The notes under the pieces: model-generated
The model's database searches: none
Seen by the model: only the letters and a program-made list of their open reading frames with translations
Told to the model about the DNA's origin: nothing
Assembly (NCBI GenBank): GCA_965205975.1
Contig: OZ242195.1
Location: 3,520,001-3,584,000, forward strand
Reading direction: 5' to 3'
DNA length: 64,000 bases
Source of the DNA: Candidatus Latescibacterota bacterium
GTDB taxonomy: Bacteria; Latescibacterota; UBA2968
Program-made: the position numbers and the translations under genes
In this document: piece after piece, positions 48,439-58,944 of the stretch
Layout: every line of letters starts with the position of its first letter
Numbering within the stretch: position 1 is the first letter of the stretch

Positions 48439-49335
48439 CTAATCGCGCGCGCCCCGAATAGGATGAATCTCCCGAAACTTCTGGAACTCCCAATAGGCGT
48501 GGTCTGCCGCGTACCCATTTGGAACCTCCTCTGTCTTATCCAGCCGCTTGTACGCCACACGCACATGGAGCACCTGCGGTTCATCCACGGGAAGCGCGTT
48601 CACCTGCCAGTTAAAATCCCACGCAGGACTACTCTGCCCCGGAACAATTGATCCGCCAGCACCCGAAGGAGAAAGATAGAACCGAAACCCCGGATAATCA
48701 TCCGCCATAATCAAAAACATCATACTGCGAATAATGCCAAAATAAAAGGGATAATCAAACGTATGTCCCGAATCCGAATGGCTGAAGTTCCGCTTCCCAT
48801 CTAAGAATGTCGTAGCTGCATCTCGCCCCCAGGGCTCGCGTTCATCCACCGGCAGATCAGTCGGAAAAATCATCGCCCCCTGTCCGTGAATCGGATTGTA
48901 ATAATAGGTCCACAACCCCTTCTCGATAAAATGAATACCGCCATCCAGCGGAGAATTGACATAGCAACACCAGCCAAAGGAATAGTCTTCCTGTGGACTG
49001 TGCCCCTCTCGGGCCGTGGCAGTCATCTCATAGTCGATATAGTATGGCGGAACCAGTCGATAGACCCCCCGCGTCTCCACAAAATTATTGGCCTCTGACG
49101 CCTCCTTAAACAACTCCACCGCGGTCTCATCTACCCGCCGCACCGCGGGCCGCCTTCCCCGATGGTGACCGAAAAGCAACACCCCATTTCCCTGAGACAC
49201 AGCGGTATGACCGTCTTTGATCGAAGTCAAAAACCAGACCCCGCTGTGCTGATTCTGGCCAGCGCCGTGGTCGGTATCGTCTCCAATAATAGCGCGCAAT
49301 TCGCCAGCAGAGATAAAATAACAAGGCTCAGACAT
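48439..49335 (-). CDS. Hypothetical protein, possibly galactose-mutarotase-like beta-sandwich
   Basis: AAGGAG RBS; long ORF in operon; SPSGAGG...PAWDF motif. Confidence 0.55.
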   Translation of the reverse strand: MSEPCYFISAGELRAIIGDDTDHGAGQNQHSGVWFLTSIKDGHTAVSQGNGVLLFGHHRGRRPAVRRVDETAVELFKEASEANNFVETRGVYRLVPPYYIDYEMTATAREGHSPQEDYSFGWCCYVNSPLDGGIHFIEKGLWTYYYNPIHGQGAMIFPTDLPVDEREPWGRDAATTFLDGKRNFSHSDSGHTFDYPFYFGIIRSMMFLIMADDYPGFRFYLSPSGAGGSIVPGQSSPAWDFNWQVNALPVDEPQVLHVRVAYKRLDKTEEVPNGYAADHAYWEFQKFREIHPIRGARD

Positions 49336-49559
49336 AAGTATTTCTCCTTATCTGTCGATAGCAGACCAAAAGAAAGGCCATCGGCGCGAGAAGCAATACA
49401 AACTGATCGTCAATCTTTTGTCGTTCTCTGTCATTGGTATATAGTAAGGAATACCGCGCATTACCACTGAATGAACGCTATGCAAAATCGGTCTTGATAA
49501 ATTCGAGTCTCAATATATCTTCATTGTATCTACTTAAAGGAGGAAAGATGTGGTCAGAG

Positions 49560-49951
49560 ATAGTTGGGTTTGCCGTTAAGCCGTTTTGTGGGTATATTTC
49601 GCAGGTGCTATCGTAGCGCACACAAAGGCACTCTCTTTTGAGAGTAAACGGTTTCGATGTGGGATAGCACACAAAACCCTCTCTGTGATGTTAGTTGAGA
49701 GGCAGATTTGGCAACAACAGCGGTATGGATTGCGGTTGTGTTGTCGTCAAATCTGATGGGCACAGTTAGGGGCCTGACCTCCCAAACCTGCGGTAGCAAT
49801 CCGCTGCTGTCAACTGCCCTGAAGTCTCGCCACGCAGTGAGCGGTTTAAACCTAAGCCCTTGCTCGGATATGCTGCATTGCCTCCAATGGGTGGGTCAAG
49901 CACCTGGGGTGTGGCAGGGACAAGCCACCTGCTCAGCAGGTGGTGGTTGAC
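49560..49951 (+). ncRNA. Structured non-coding element ending in an IS200/IS605-type right end (TnpB omegaRNA-like scaffold), no tnpB
   Basis: CAAG-CCACCTGC-TCA-GCAGGTGG-TGGT-TGAC at 49921-49951; GTCAAC 49809 complementary to GTTGAC 49946; many stacked hairpins. Confidence 0.65.
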
Positions 49952-49974
49952 AAGCATCAACCTTAAAGACCACC

Positions 49975-51171
49975 ATGCCTGTAATACTCACCATCAACGC
50001 CGGCAGTTCCTCGATTAAATACCAGTGCTTCGACATGCACAGCGAAGAATGCCTCGCAAAAGGACACGTCGAACGGCTGCTCTCTGCATCCGCAGAATTG
50101 TCTTACACGCGGCGGGATGGCGTCACCCATCGCATTCCCTTACCTCAAACCGCTCATGAAGCCGTATTTCAACGCATCTTTGAAATCCTTCTCCACCCGG
50201 AAAAGGGAATCCTCCGCACGCCCGATGAAATCCACGCAGTCGGCCATCGCGTTGTACACGGCGGCAGCCACTTCGCGGCCTCGACCCGGATCACGCCCGA
50301 AGTCGAAAAAACAATCGAACAGTGCGCCCCCCTCGCCCCACTACACAACCCCTTCAACCTGCGCGGAATTCGCGCCTGCCAGACCATACTACCCGACATC
50401 CCACACGTTGCGGTATTCGACACCGCATTCCACCAGACCATCCCGGACTACGCCCACACTTATGCCCTGCCCCACGCGATATCCGAACAATACCAAATCC
50501 GACAATACGGTTTCCACGGCATATCGCATCAATACGTCGCCAGGCGTGCAGCGGAAATTCTCAACTCGCCTTTGAAAACGCTAAAACTGATCACATGCCA
50601 TCTGGGCAACGGCTGTAGCATCACCGCCATCGAAAATGGAAAATCAATCGACACCAGTATGGGTTTCACACCCCTTCAGGGACTCGTAATGGGAACGCGC
50701 AGCGGAGACATCGACCCGGCGATCATCCTCTACCTGATTAGAGAACATCAGATGACGCCGGAGCAAATCGACCGGATGCTCAACCATCAAAGCGGTCTCA
50801 TCGGCGTATCTGGAATCGGATCAGACCTCAGAGATCTAATCGCCGTCCATGAGGAAAATCGGCGTGCGGCACTTGCAATCGACATCTTCTGCTACCGCAT
50901 CCGCCAGTACATCGGGAAATACGCGGCGGTACTCGACGGAATAGACGCGCTCGTATTCACCGCCGGAATAGGGGAAAACGCGCCACTCATACGGGCGCGC
51001 ATCTGTGAAAAACTCGGATTCTTGGGCGTACATCTCAACCGGACAAAAAACGAGGGCAACCCCATGAACGAAGCAATTCATCATGAGACCGCCCCGGTAT
51101 CCGTACTCGTCATTCCCACCAACGAAGAACTGATGATCGCGCGAGACACACTACGTGTGATTAAGAGCTAA
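49975..51171 (+). CDS. ackA: Acetate kinase
   Basis: INAGSSSIK, GHRVVHGG, APLHNP, DTAFH, YGFHG, HLGNG, FTAGIGEN, IPTNEE. Confidence 0.95.
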   Translation: MPVILTINAGSSSIKYQCFDMHSEECLAKGHVERLLSASAELSYTRRDGVTHRIPLPQTAHEAVFQRIFEILLHPEKGILRTPDEIHAVGHRVVHGGSHFAASTRITPEVEKTIEQCAPLAPLHNPFNLRGIRACQTILPDIPHVAVFDTAFHQTIPDYAHTYALPHAISEQYQIRQYGFHGISHQYVARRAAEILNSPLKTLKLITCHLGNGCSITAIENGKSIDTSMGFTPLQGLVMGTRSGDIDPAIILYLIREHQMTPEQIDRMLNHQSGLIGVSGIGSDLRDLIAVHEENRRAALAIDIFCYRIRQYIGKYAAVLDGIDALVFTAGIGENAPLIRARICEKLGFLGVHLNRTKNEGNPMNEAIHHETAPVSVLVIPTNEELMIARDTLRVIKS

Positions 51172-51181
51172 CACACAGCCT

Positions 51182-52164
51182 TCAATCCACCGGGATGCGG
51201 CCAGCGGAAGGAGCTGCGACTGATATTCTCGTGGTCGGATGAACGGGCAACCCTGAGCAGCGTGCTCGGTCAGCGGAAGGAAGGAATGGGTTTCGCGCGT
51301 GCAGGGAGATAAAGCCTTCGGCGTACGCGCAACGCCCCGCACTACCAAATGCGCCCCGCTGGTCTCGATGTCTCGTCCGTTTTCGGGCATAGGCACCGCC
51401 GTATCCCTGGCTCACCAGGCAGTCCAGCGCCGCCAGCTTTTTCTCCACATACATCGCGTAATATCGCCAAATGCGCCGTCGCTGGTCTCGACGTTTTCGG
51501 GCATAGGCGCCGCCGTATCCCTGGCTCACCAGGCAGTCCAGCCCCCAGCTCCACGACATCGGTGATGTCGATAAAGACATCGTTGTAGTAGCCCCCCAGA
51601 ATCCCAGACCTGCCGGGGAATCCCCGCACCGCCTCCCCCAAAATAAAAGACCTGCGCGACCCGATGGGGGGGATTTCGGTCACCGGGATCGACACTATTG
51701 GCCAGCCCGATGGCGTGCATCACGATCTGCCCGGCGGTGGCGTGCGCGTTGGTCAGGCCGTCACCTTCTTTGGGGAAGTGGGTCAGGACGATATCGGGAC
51801 GGATCTCTCGCAACAGCCTTGCCAGGCGCCTCACCGTCTCATCCTTGACGATCAGGACCGAATCATCGGCGCCAAAAAAGTAGATCTCTTCTACACCCAG
51901 AATCGCACACGCCGCGCGAACCTCTGCCGCTTTGACGTCGGAGCGTTCCTGCATCATCTCCAGAAGCTCGGCCCCGTCCGGCACTTCCTCACGGCGAAAC
52001 ATCGCGTCGCTGATCACGGCATCGTGCACCCGTGCGCCGTGGGTCAGCACCGCACACCGCACATCGTCGCCGCGGCTGACGTGATGGGCCATAGTACCGC
52101 CCGATTGGTCAAAAATATCGGCCGGATGCGCCCCGATGGAGAGCAGGCGTAGTGATTCTGTCAT
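51182..52164 (-). pseudogene. PIG-L/LmbE-family deacetylase disrupted by an internal duplication and indels (possibly assembly error)
   Basis: IGAHPAD, IRPDIVLTH; C-terminal peptides are spread across three frames. Confidence 0.75.
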
Positions 52165-52943
52165 TCTTCAGTCCCCCCACCTGGATTGGCGCGTAAGATT
52201 TCGAGATTTTGGGTCAGGACCTGCGTGCCATAAGCGAGAATATTGCCGACATTCATAAAACGGTAGCCCCAGCGAAGTTTTTCCTGGATCTCGGCGAGAT
52301 CCACAAGCGTGGTGCCAGCGACAATGCCGGACCCTTCCAGCCGCCCGGGAACATCCCGCATAATCTCCTGAACTTCCCTGGCGCTGGTTTCGGTAATCTT
52401 TCCGACCGATGCAGACAGGTCGAGCGGCCCCACGAGCAGGACGTCAATGCCCGCGACCTCCTTGATTTCATCGATGTTGTCGTAAGCCTCCTGGCTCTCG
52501 ACCTGGAGAATCAATACGGTTTCTGCGTTTGCTGTTTTGATGACGTGATTCCAGTCTTCGCCAGCTATGCGGGTCCACATGGGGGAAAGCCCGCGCTGTC
52601 CCTCAGGGGGGTAATGGGCATATTGCACTGCCCGAGCAGCCTCTTCGGCGGTATTGACCTGGGGCACCATCACGGCCACGGCGCCGACATCGAAGGCCTT
52701 CTTGATCAGAGCCGGGTCGTTCCAAGCCACGCGGATCATCGGCGCCACGCCATTCTGCCTGGCAAGGACGGGGATAGCGTCCAGGGATTCGGTGGCGAAC
52801 GGGGCGTGTTCGGTATCGATCCAGACAAAGTCTGGTCGGGCCTGCATGATGGTTCCAAGGACGAGAGATGAGGGGACCGGCAGGGAGGTCCCCAGCACGA
52901 TTTCGCCCTTTCTGAGCTTCTGTTTGAGCGGATTGGGATACAT
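52161..52943 (-). CDS. HpcH/HpaI aldolase family protein
   Basis: DFVWIDTEH, VMVPQVNTAEEA, YPPEGQRG, QVES, VGPLDLS. Confidence 0.9.
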   Translation of the reverse strand: MYPNPLKQKLRKGEIVLGTSLPVPSSLVLGTIMQARPDFVWIDTEHAPFATESLDAIPVLARQNGVAPMIRVAWNDPALIKKAFDVGAVAVMVPQVNTAEEAARAVQYAHYPPEGQRGLSPMWTRIAGEDWNHVIKTANAETVLILQVESQEAYDNIDEIKEVAGIDVLLVGPLDLSASVGKITETSAREVQEIMRDVPGRLEGSGIVAGTTLVDLAEIQEKLRWGYRFMNVGNILAYGTQVLTQNLEILRANPGGGTEE

Positions 52944-52952
52944 TCGTTCTCC

Positions 52953-53793
52953 TTACTTGCGTTCCCATCGACTGGGATTGATGCCAGGGGCATAGCTGGC
53001 CATGTTGGGCGGTTTGTTACCCCCTTCGGGGATCCAGTGGCGGGTGTTGCGGTCTCCGAAAAAGGGCCTCACTGCATCGGGCAGCGCGGCGACGGCCTGC
53101 GGATCCCACCCTTCAACTTTCTGGACAGGACCGGCCCAGGCCGGGCGGTAAGCAATAGCCAGCATCGAGCGGGGCCAGTCGCCGACATTGGGGAAGTTGC
53201 CGTGGAAAGACCTTGTGGTTAATAAACATCGCAGAACCGGCTTTTGCGGTGACCATGACCTCCTCTGGATGGGACTCGAAGCGCTGGTAGGGATTGCCGT
53301 CTGCGTGCATGGAGAGGTGCGATCGGGGAATTACGCGGAATGGAGAGACCTCTGGGGTCAGGTCGTCCAGATAATACAGCACCCGGACCATGACCGGTAC
53401 GCTACCCAGATAACCAAAGATGCGCGAACCGTAGGGTTGACCGTCCGTATGGAGGCTAATGCCGGGGTGCCCTGGCTCTGAGCGGGCATAGCCGTAGTGC
53501 GACAGGATGATATCCTCCCCCAGGAGTTCCCTCAGAAAGGCGACCGTCGGGGGATGGGCGATGAGGTCGGTGATTTCACCGCCGAGGAACTGGATGTCAC
53601 TCCGTCCCCGCTGGTGAATACTGTAATCCACCGGAGTGGTTTCCAAACTATCGGTTATCGCCTTGAGCCGGGCCAGATGCTCGGGCGTCAACAAATCGGG
53701 AATCAGAAGATAGCCCTCAACCTCAATCTGGCGAATGCGCTCGCCCGAAGTCAGGGCGGACCAGTCGCGGTCATCGATACGTGGAGCAGACAT
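52953..53793 (-). CDS. PhyH-family dioxygenase with a one-base frameshift near 53207
   Basis: LHTDG, YYLDDL, IPRSH; removing one T restores VFHGNFPN...MLAIAYRPAWAGP. Confidence 0.8.
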
Positions 53794-53974
53794 ATTGCCT
53801 CCCTTGTAGTTTCCAAGAAAACAATATAAGATCTGTACTGCTTTCTACAAGCGGAATATGTTCCATGTGGTTCATCTCTCAACCTATTCGCAATTTTTTG
53901 GCTTGTTCTTTATCTTATTATGGTATAATTATATACTTTCTCAATAAAATTCCTCAACATAAACGGAGCATCAC

Positions 53975-55063
53975 ATGATAGACAAAACCCACCTCTTTGA
54001 AGGTCGGACAAACGGGTATCACATCTACCGCGTACCGGGCATTCTCTGCACGCAAAACAACATCCTCCTCGCCACGGCAGAGGCGCGACGCGGCAGAGGC
54101 GGCGATTGGGACGGCAATGACGTGCTTATGCGGCGAAGTGCAGACAATGGTCAGACCTGGGACTCACCCACCGTTGTCGCCCGTTGCGACACATATGGCG
54201 AAGGCCCCATCAGCAACTTCGTCATGATCTCCGACCGCAAAGATAGCGCAGTACACGCCCTCTATTGTCACAACTACGCCCGCGTATTTTACATGCAAAG
54301 CAAAGACGACGGCGCCACATGGTCCGACCCCACCGAAATCACAGATGCACTCACACCCTTCCGCGAACAATATCCCTGGCGCGTCATAGCCACTGGACCC
54401 GGGCACGGCATCCAACTTCAAAACGGACGCCTCATCGTACCCATCTGGATGTCGGACGGCGGCGGCACGGAATTTGGCCCGGGCAAACTCGGGCATCGCC
54501 CCTCCACAGTCGCGGGCATCTACAGCGACGACCACGCGCAAACATGGCAGCGCAGTGACATTATCGTACGCACAGAAGGCGAATACATCAACCCCAGCGA
54601 AACACTCCCCGTTGAACGCAACGACGGGCGCGTCTTATTCAACATCCGCACGGAATCCAAACGCCATCGCCGCCTCATCACCACCAGCCCCGATGGCGCG
54701 ACCAACTGGTCAGAGCTAAAATTTGACGACGCCCTGCTCGAACCCGTGTGCATGGGCAGCATCCTCAAACTCCAAAACGGCAACATCATTTTTGCCAACC
54801 CCGACAACCTCGAACGCGAATTTGCCAGACCGGGCCGCGTCTCTTACGACCGCAAACGCCTCACCGTCAAAATGAGCACCGACGACTGCCAGACCTGGCC
54901 CGTCTCCAAAATCCTCGAACCGGGACCCTCGAGTTATTCCGACCTCGCCCAAACAGCCGACGGCACAATATGCTGCATATACGAAAACCAGATCTTCACG
55001 CGACAAAACGACACGCGATACGTCACCGTCGCTCGCTTTGACCTCGAATGGCTGGAACAATAA
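53975..55063 (+). CDS. GH33-like sialidase (BNR repeats), no signal peptide
   Basis: YRVPG motif; Asp boxes [45 protein letters not shown]. Confidence 0.9.
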   Translation: MIDKTHLFEGRTNGYHIYRVPGILCTQNNILLATAEARRGRGGDWDGNDVLMRRSADNGQTWDSPTVVARCDTYGEGPISNFVMISDRKDSAVHALYCHNYARVFYMQSKDDGATWSDPTEITDALTPFREQYPWRVIATGPGHGIQLQNGRLIVPIWMSDGGGTEFGPGKLGHRPSTVAGIYSDDHAQTWQRSDIIVRTEGEYINPSETLPVERNDGRVLFNIRTESKRHRRLITTSPDGATNWSELKFDDALLEPVCMGSILKLQNGNIIFANPDNLEREFARPGRVSYDRKRLTVKMSTDDCQTWPVSKILEPGPSSYSDLAQTADGTICCIYENQIFTRQNDTRYVTVARFDLEWLEQ

Positions 55064-55083
55064 AGCCGACAAGAAAGGGAAAA

Positions 55084-56703
55084 ATGGACACCTACGAACA
55101 CCGCGAAATGATACCCCTCGGAGAAGATGAAACCCCCTACCAGTTGCTCACAACCGATTATATATCAACGGGACAATTTGAGGGCCAGGAAATCCTCAAA
55201 GTCGAACCCGAGGGCCTCACCATGCTGGCGGACCGCGCCATTCGAGACAGCGCGCACCTGCTCCGCCCTGCACACTTAAAACAACTGACCAAAATACTCG
55301 ACGACCCCGAAGCCTCGGACAACGACCGCTTTGTCGCCATTGAAATGCTCAAAAATGCCAACATCGCCGCAGGCGGCGTCCTCCCCATGTGTCAGGACAC
55401 GGGCACAGCCATCATCATGGGCAAAAGGGGCAATCGCGTGTGGACCGACGGCAGCGACGAAGCCGCGCTCGCACAGGGCATTACCAGAGCCTTTCTGGAA
55501 ACAAACCTGCGCTACAGCCAACTGGCGCCACTCGACATGTTTCAGGAGGCAAATACAAAAACCAACCTGCCCGCTCAAATCGAGATCTATTCCGAACAAG
55601 GGGATACGTACAAATTCATGTTCATGGCCAAAGGCGGCGGATCCGCCAACAAAAGCCTGCTCTACCAGGAAACCCGAGCACTGCTCAATCCCGAACGCCT
55701 GCGCGACTTTATCGACCAGCGCCTGCGCGAACTCGGCACAGCCGCCTGCCCGCCCTATCACCTCGCCCTCGTCATTGGCGGCACATCCGCAGAATACACC
55801 CTAAAAACCGCCAAACTCGCAAGTGCCAAATATCTCGACACCTTGCCCACACAGGGCAATGAATACGGCCAGGCATTCCGCGATCTCGAAATGGAAAAAC
55901 AAGTCCTGGAAATGAGCCACGAACTCGGCATTGGCGCGCAATTTGGCGGCAAATACTTCTGCCACGATGTGCGCGTTATTCGCCTGCCTCGACACGGCGC
56001 ATCCTGCCCCGTCGGCATTGCCGTATCCTGCTCTGCCGACCGACAAATCCTGGGAAAAATAACGCGCGAAGGCATCTTCCTCGAAGAACTGGAAAGCGAT
56101 CCGGCAAAATACCTCCCCGAAGTCGATGAAGAAGCCCTCAGCGGCGACGTCGCAAAAATCGACCTCAACCAGCCCATGGACAAAGTGCGCGAAACCCTCA
56201 GCAAATATCCGGTCAGCACGCGCTTATCCCTCTCCGGCCCCATGATCGTCGCACGCGATATTGCCCACGCCAAACTCCAGGAGCGCATAGACAGCGGCGA
56301 AGGGCTTCCGCAATACTTCAAGAACCTGTGCGTCTATTACGCGGGACCCGCCAAAACACCCGAAGGATACGCCTCCGGTTCATTTGGTCCCACAACCGCA
56401 GGGCGCATGGACAGCTACGTCGATTCATTCCAATCAGAAGGCGGCAGCATGATCATGCTCGCCAAAGGCAATCGCTCGCGGCAAGTAACAGAAGCGTGCA
56501 AAAAACACGGCGGATTTTACCTCGGCTCCATCGGCGGTCCCGCCGCTCGCCTCGCCAAAGACGCCATACGCAAAGTCGAGTGCCAGGAATATCCCGAACT
56601 CGGCATGGAAGCGATATGGCGCATCGAAGTCGAAAACTTTCCCGCATTCATCGTCGTTGACGACAAAGGCAACGACTTTTTCTCGGGCTTTATGCGTCCA
56701 TAG
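55084..56703 (+). CDS. fumA: Class I Fe-S fumarate hydratase; start revised to 55084
   Basis: [47 protein letters not shown]. Confidence 0.92.
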   Translation: MDTYEHREMIPLGEDETPYQLLTTDYISTGQFEGQEILKVEPEGLTMLADRAIRDSAHLLRPAHLKQLTKILDDPEASDNDRFVAIEMLKNANIAAGGVLPMCQDTGTAIIMGKRGNRVWTDGSDEAALAQGITRAFLETNLRYSQLAPLDMFQEANTKTNLPAQIEIYSEQGDTYKFMFMAKGGGSANKSLLYQETRALLNPERLRDFIDQRLRELGTAACPPYHLALVIGGTSAEYTLKTAKLASAKYLDTLPTQGNEYGQAFRDLEMEKQVLEMSHELGIGAQFGGKYFCHDVRVIRLPRHGASCPVGIAVSCSADRQILGKITREGIFLEELESDPAKYLPEVDEEALSGDVAKIDLNQPMDKVRETLSKYPVSTRLSLSGPMIVARDIAHAKLQERIDSGEGLPQYFKNLCVYYAGPAKTPEGYASGSFGPTTAGRMDSYVDSFQSEGGSMIMLAKGNRSRQVTEACKKHGGFYLGSIGGPAARLAKDAIRKVECQEYPELGMEAIWRIEVENFPAFIVVDDKGNDFFSGFMRP

Positions 56704-56714
56704 AGGAGCAAAAC

Positions 56715-57528
56715 ATGCGATACGCAAACATAGGCGGCGTCAGCGTCTCGGGCCTCTGTATTGGCGGCAACCCGTTCAGCGGATTTTCGCACCAGACCAG
56801 AGAACGCAGCAAAGAAATGACCGATTATTACACCCCCAGCCGCATCAAAGACACCTGGCGACAGGCCGAAGAACTCGGCATCAACACCTTCTTTGGGCGC
56901 ACCGACGACCACATCATGGGACTCCTCGAAGAATACTGGGATGAAGGCGGCAGCATCCAGTGGTTTGCACAGGTCTGCATCGAACGCGGCAAACCCGATG
57001 CCTGGCGCAAATGGCTCCGCGCATCCATCGAACTGGGCGCAAGCGGCACCTATATCCACGGCGGCGTGGTCGATAACTGGTACGCCACAGAACAGTGGGA
57101 CAATTTTTACGAAGCAATCGACACCATGTCCAATGCGGGCGTCGCATCTGGATTTGCAGCCCATCAACCCGCGGCACACGAATGGGTGCGCGACAACCTG
57201 GACCCCGACTTTCAGATGTGCAGCTATTACAACCCCACGGACCGCTCTCGCAGCGCGCACCACAGTGACGAAGGCGAAAAATGGGAAGAAAAAGACCGCG
57301 CCAAAATGCTCGGCGTCATCGCCACCATCCCCTGTCCCGTCGTACACTACAAAGTTTTCGCAGGTGGCAACAAACCCATCCTCGAAGCCTTTGAAACCAT
57401 GGGCAAAGCCATGCGCGAAAACGACGTAGCCCTCGTCGGTCTTCTTCCTCAAAGACAATCCCGACATGATGCGAGAAGATATCGCACTCTTCGAAGAATA
57501 CGTTGAGGGCGTCACCGTGCTTGCGTAG
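56715..57528 (+). CDS. Aldo/keto-reductase-like hypothetical protein with a one-base frameshift near 57441
   Basis: VSGLCIGGNPFSGFSH, YKVFAGG; removing one base gives the C-terminus GFFLKDNPDMMREDIALFEEYVEGVTVLA*. Confidence 0.65.
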
Positions 57529-57622
57529 CGATAGTTATTCCGAAACAGTAAATTTCTCAGGAGAACTACCATGCCAACCTATGAATCCCGCTATTCAGCC
57601 GAGGAAACAGCGCGGCGTGGCG

Positions 57623-58147
57623 ATGAAATATACGAGCGGGCTGACCAACCAAGAGGCCAGACGTTTGATAGGATTGCCCAAGAAAGTGATAGAAAAGGGC
57701 AATCCTGTTGACGTTATATCCTGGCGTTGGACAAATGGAAAGGCGAGATATTTTTTATCTGCAGAACAGGAACCCAATTATTCTTTTCTTTTTGACATTC
57801 AACGAAGCTTAAAAAACAATCTGAAAATTACGTTGCACTTTCAAGAAGACACATCAAAAACAGGGCTGTTACGGATTGACTACCATGGACAGCACCAGAA
57901 TCCCAGAGAAATCAAAAGTAGCTTGCCCAATCGTTTCAAACCTTATGCCGCAAAGTGGTTTGACTATCACGAACACCATATCCACTATTATGTTGAGGGT
58001 TACAAGCCTTTGGCATGGGCAATCCCTTTGGCTGATGATGAGTTTCCCATCAAAGATATAACGACTACAACTGACATCTTTCCCGTGATACAAGAATTTG
58101 CCGTACGCATCAATCTGGAAACCAAATTCGAGAGGGTATCATCATGA
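57623..58147 (+). CDS. DUF6978-like protein
   Basis: LTNQEARRLIGLPK, LLRIDYHGQHQNP, HIHYYVEGY...WAIPL; AT-rich; ATGA overlap with next gene. Confidence 0.6.
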   Translation: MKYTSGLTNQEARRLIGLPKKVIEKGNPVDVISWRWTNGKARYFLSAEQEPNYSFLFDIQRSLKNNLKITLHFQEDTSKTGLLRIDYHGQHQNPREIKSSLPNRFKPYAAKWFDYHEHHIHYYVEGYKPLAWAIPLADDEFPIKDITTTTDIFPVIQEFAVRINLETKFERVSS

Positions 58148-58935
58148 ACTGGCTTGCTGAACAAGAAGACAAGTATTATACCTGGCTCAGGTCGAAAACT
58201 TATATTCCCGTGGGAGATGAAAGCGATTGGAGTCTTATTTCTACTCCCTTTACTGGTCTGTTCAACGACACACTGGAAATATACGCCAAGAAGGAGGGGA
58301 ATAAAATCATGCTCTCCGATGACGGCAAGACACTCCACGATTTGGAGTTAATGGGCGTATCTTTCTCCCGCTCGTCATCTCGAAGAGAGCTTCTGGACAG
58401 AGTCCTGGCCAGTTATGGCGTAAGCAATAAGAGCAAAGAACTTGTAGCACAAGCCAACAGAGAATCCGATTTTCCTCAGAGAAAGCATGATTTGCTTCAA
58501 GCGATGTTGGAAGTCAGCAACTTCTACGTACTTGCCAAGCCCACAGTTGTCAATATTTTTAAAGATGATGTGCGGGGATATCTGGATGAGAAAATGATAG
58601 TCTATACACCTGAATTCATTTCCAGGGGGTCTGTGGGTATTGAATTCAGCTTCGACTTCCAGGTAGCGTACCGGGAAAAGGAAATTGTACTAAAGTGCTT
58701 CAACAGTATCAACAGGGCTTCTTTATCCAGTTTTCTGTTTATGTGGAAAGATATTTTAGAATATAGAAAGACGTTGACAGGCAAACAGGTATCGGGACTT
58801 GCGGTTATCAACGACCAGGACAAGAACATCAACCAGGACTATATGGACGCGCTGGAGGCGGGAGGAGCAGATTATATAAGATGGCAAGAACGACATGAAC
58901 CTGAAAATATCGCAAAATTAAAAGAGGCAGCGTAA
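58144..58935 (+). CDS. DUF1828/DUF1829-like protein
   Basis: ISTPF....D.LEIY, LSDDGKTL.DL, FPQRKHDLLQAM, GSVGIEFSFDF, INDQ. Confidence 0.7.
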   Translation: MNWLAEQEDKYYTWLRSKTYIPVGDESDWSLISTPFTGLFNDTLEIYAKKEGNKIMLSDDGKTLHDLELMGVSFSRSSSRRELLDRVLASYGVSNKSKELVAQANRESDFPQRKHDLLQAMLEVSNFYVLAKPTVVNIFKDDVRGYLDEKMIVYTPEFISRGSVGIEFSFDFQVAYREKEIVLKCFNSINRASLSSFLFMWKDILEYRKTLTGKQVSGLAVINDQDKNINQDYMDALEAGGADYIRWQERHEPENIAKLKEAA

Positions 58936-58944
58936 AAGCAAAAT

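Noticed and set aside
49490..49951. Group I intron / IStron
   Set aside because: No convincing P7 (R/S) core found by eye and the element ends in C rather than a terminal G; only a cmsearch could revive it
49750..49951. IscB/HEARO locus on the minus strand
   Set aside because: The GTCAAC-hairpin start fits, but no iscB ORF follows and the plus-strand reading matches a tnpB-type right end better
56517..57572. 351-aa minus-strand ORF and similar long overlapping ORFs
   Set aside because: Antisense to well-supported genes, with no recognisable motifs
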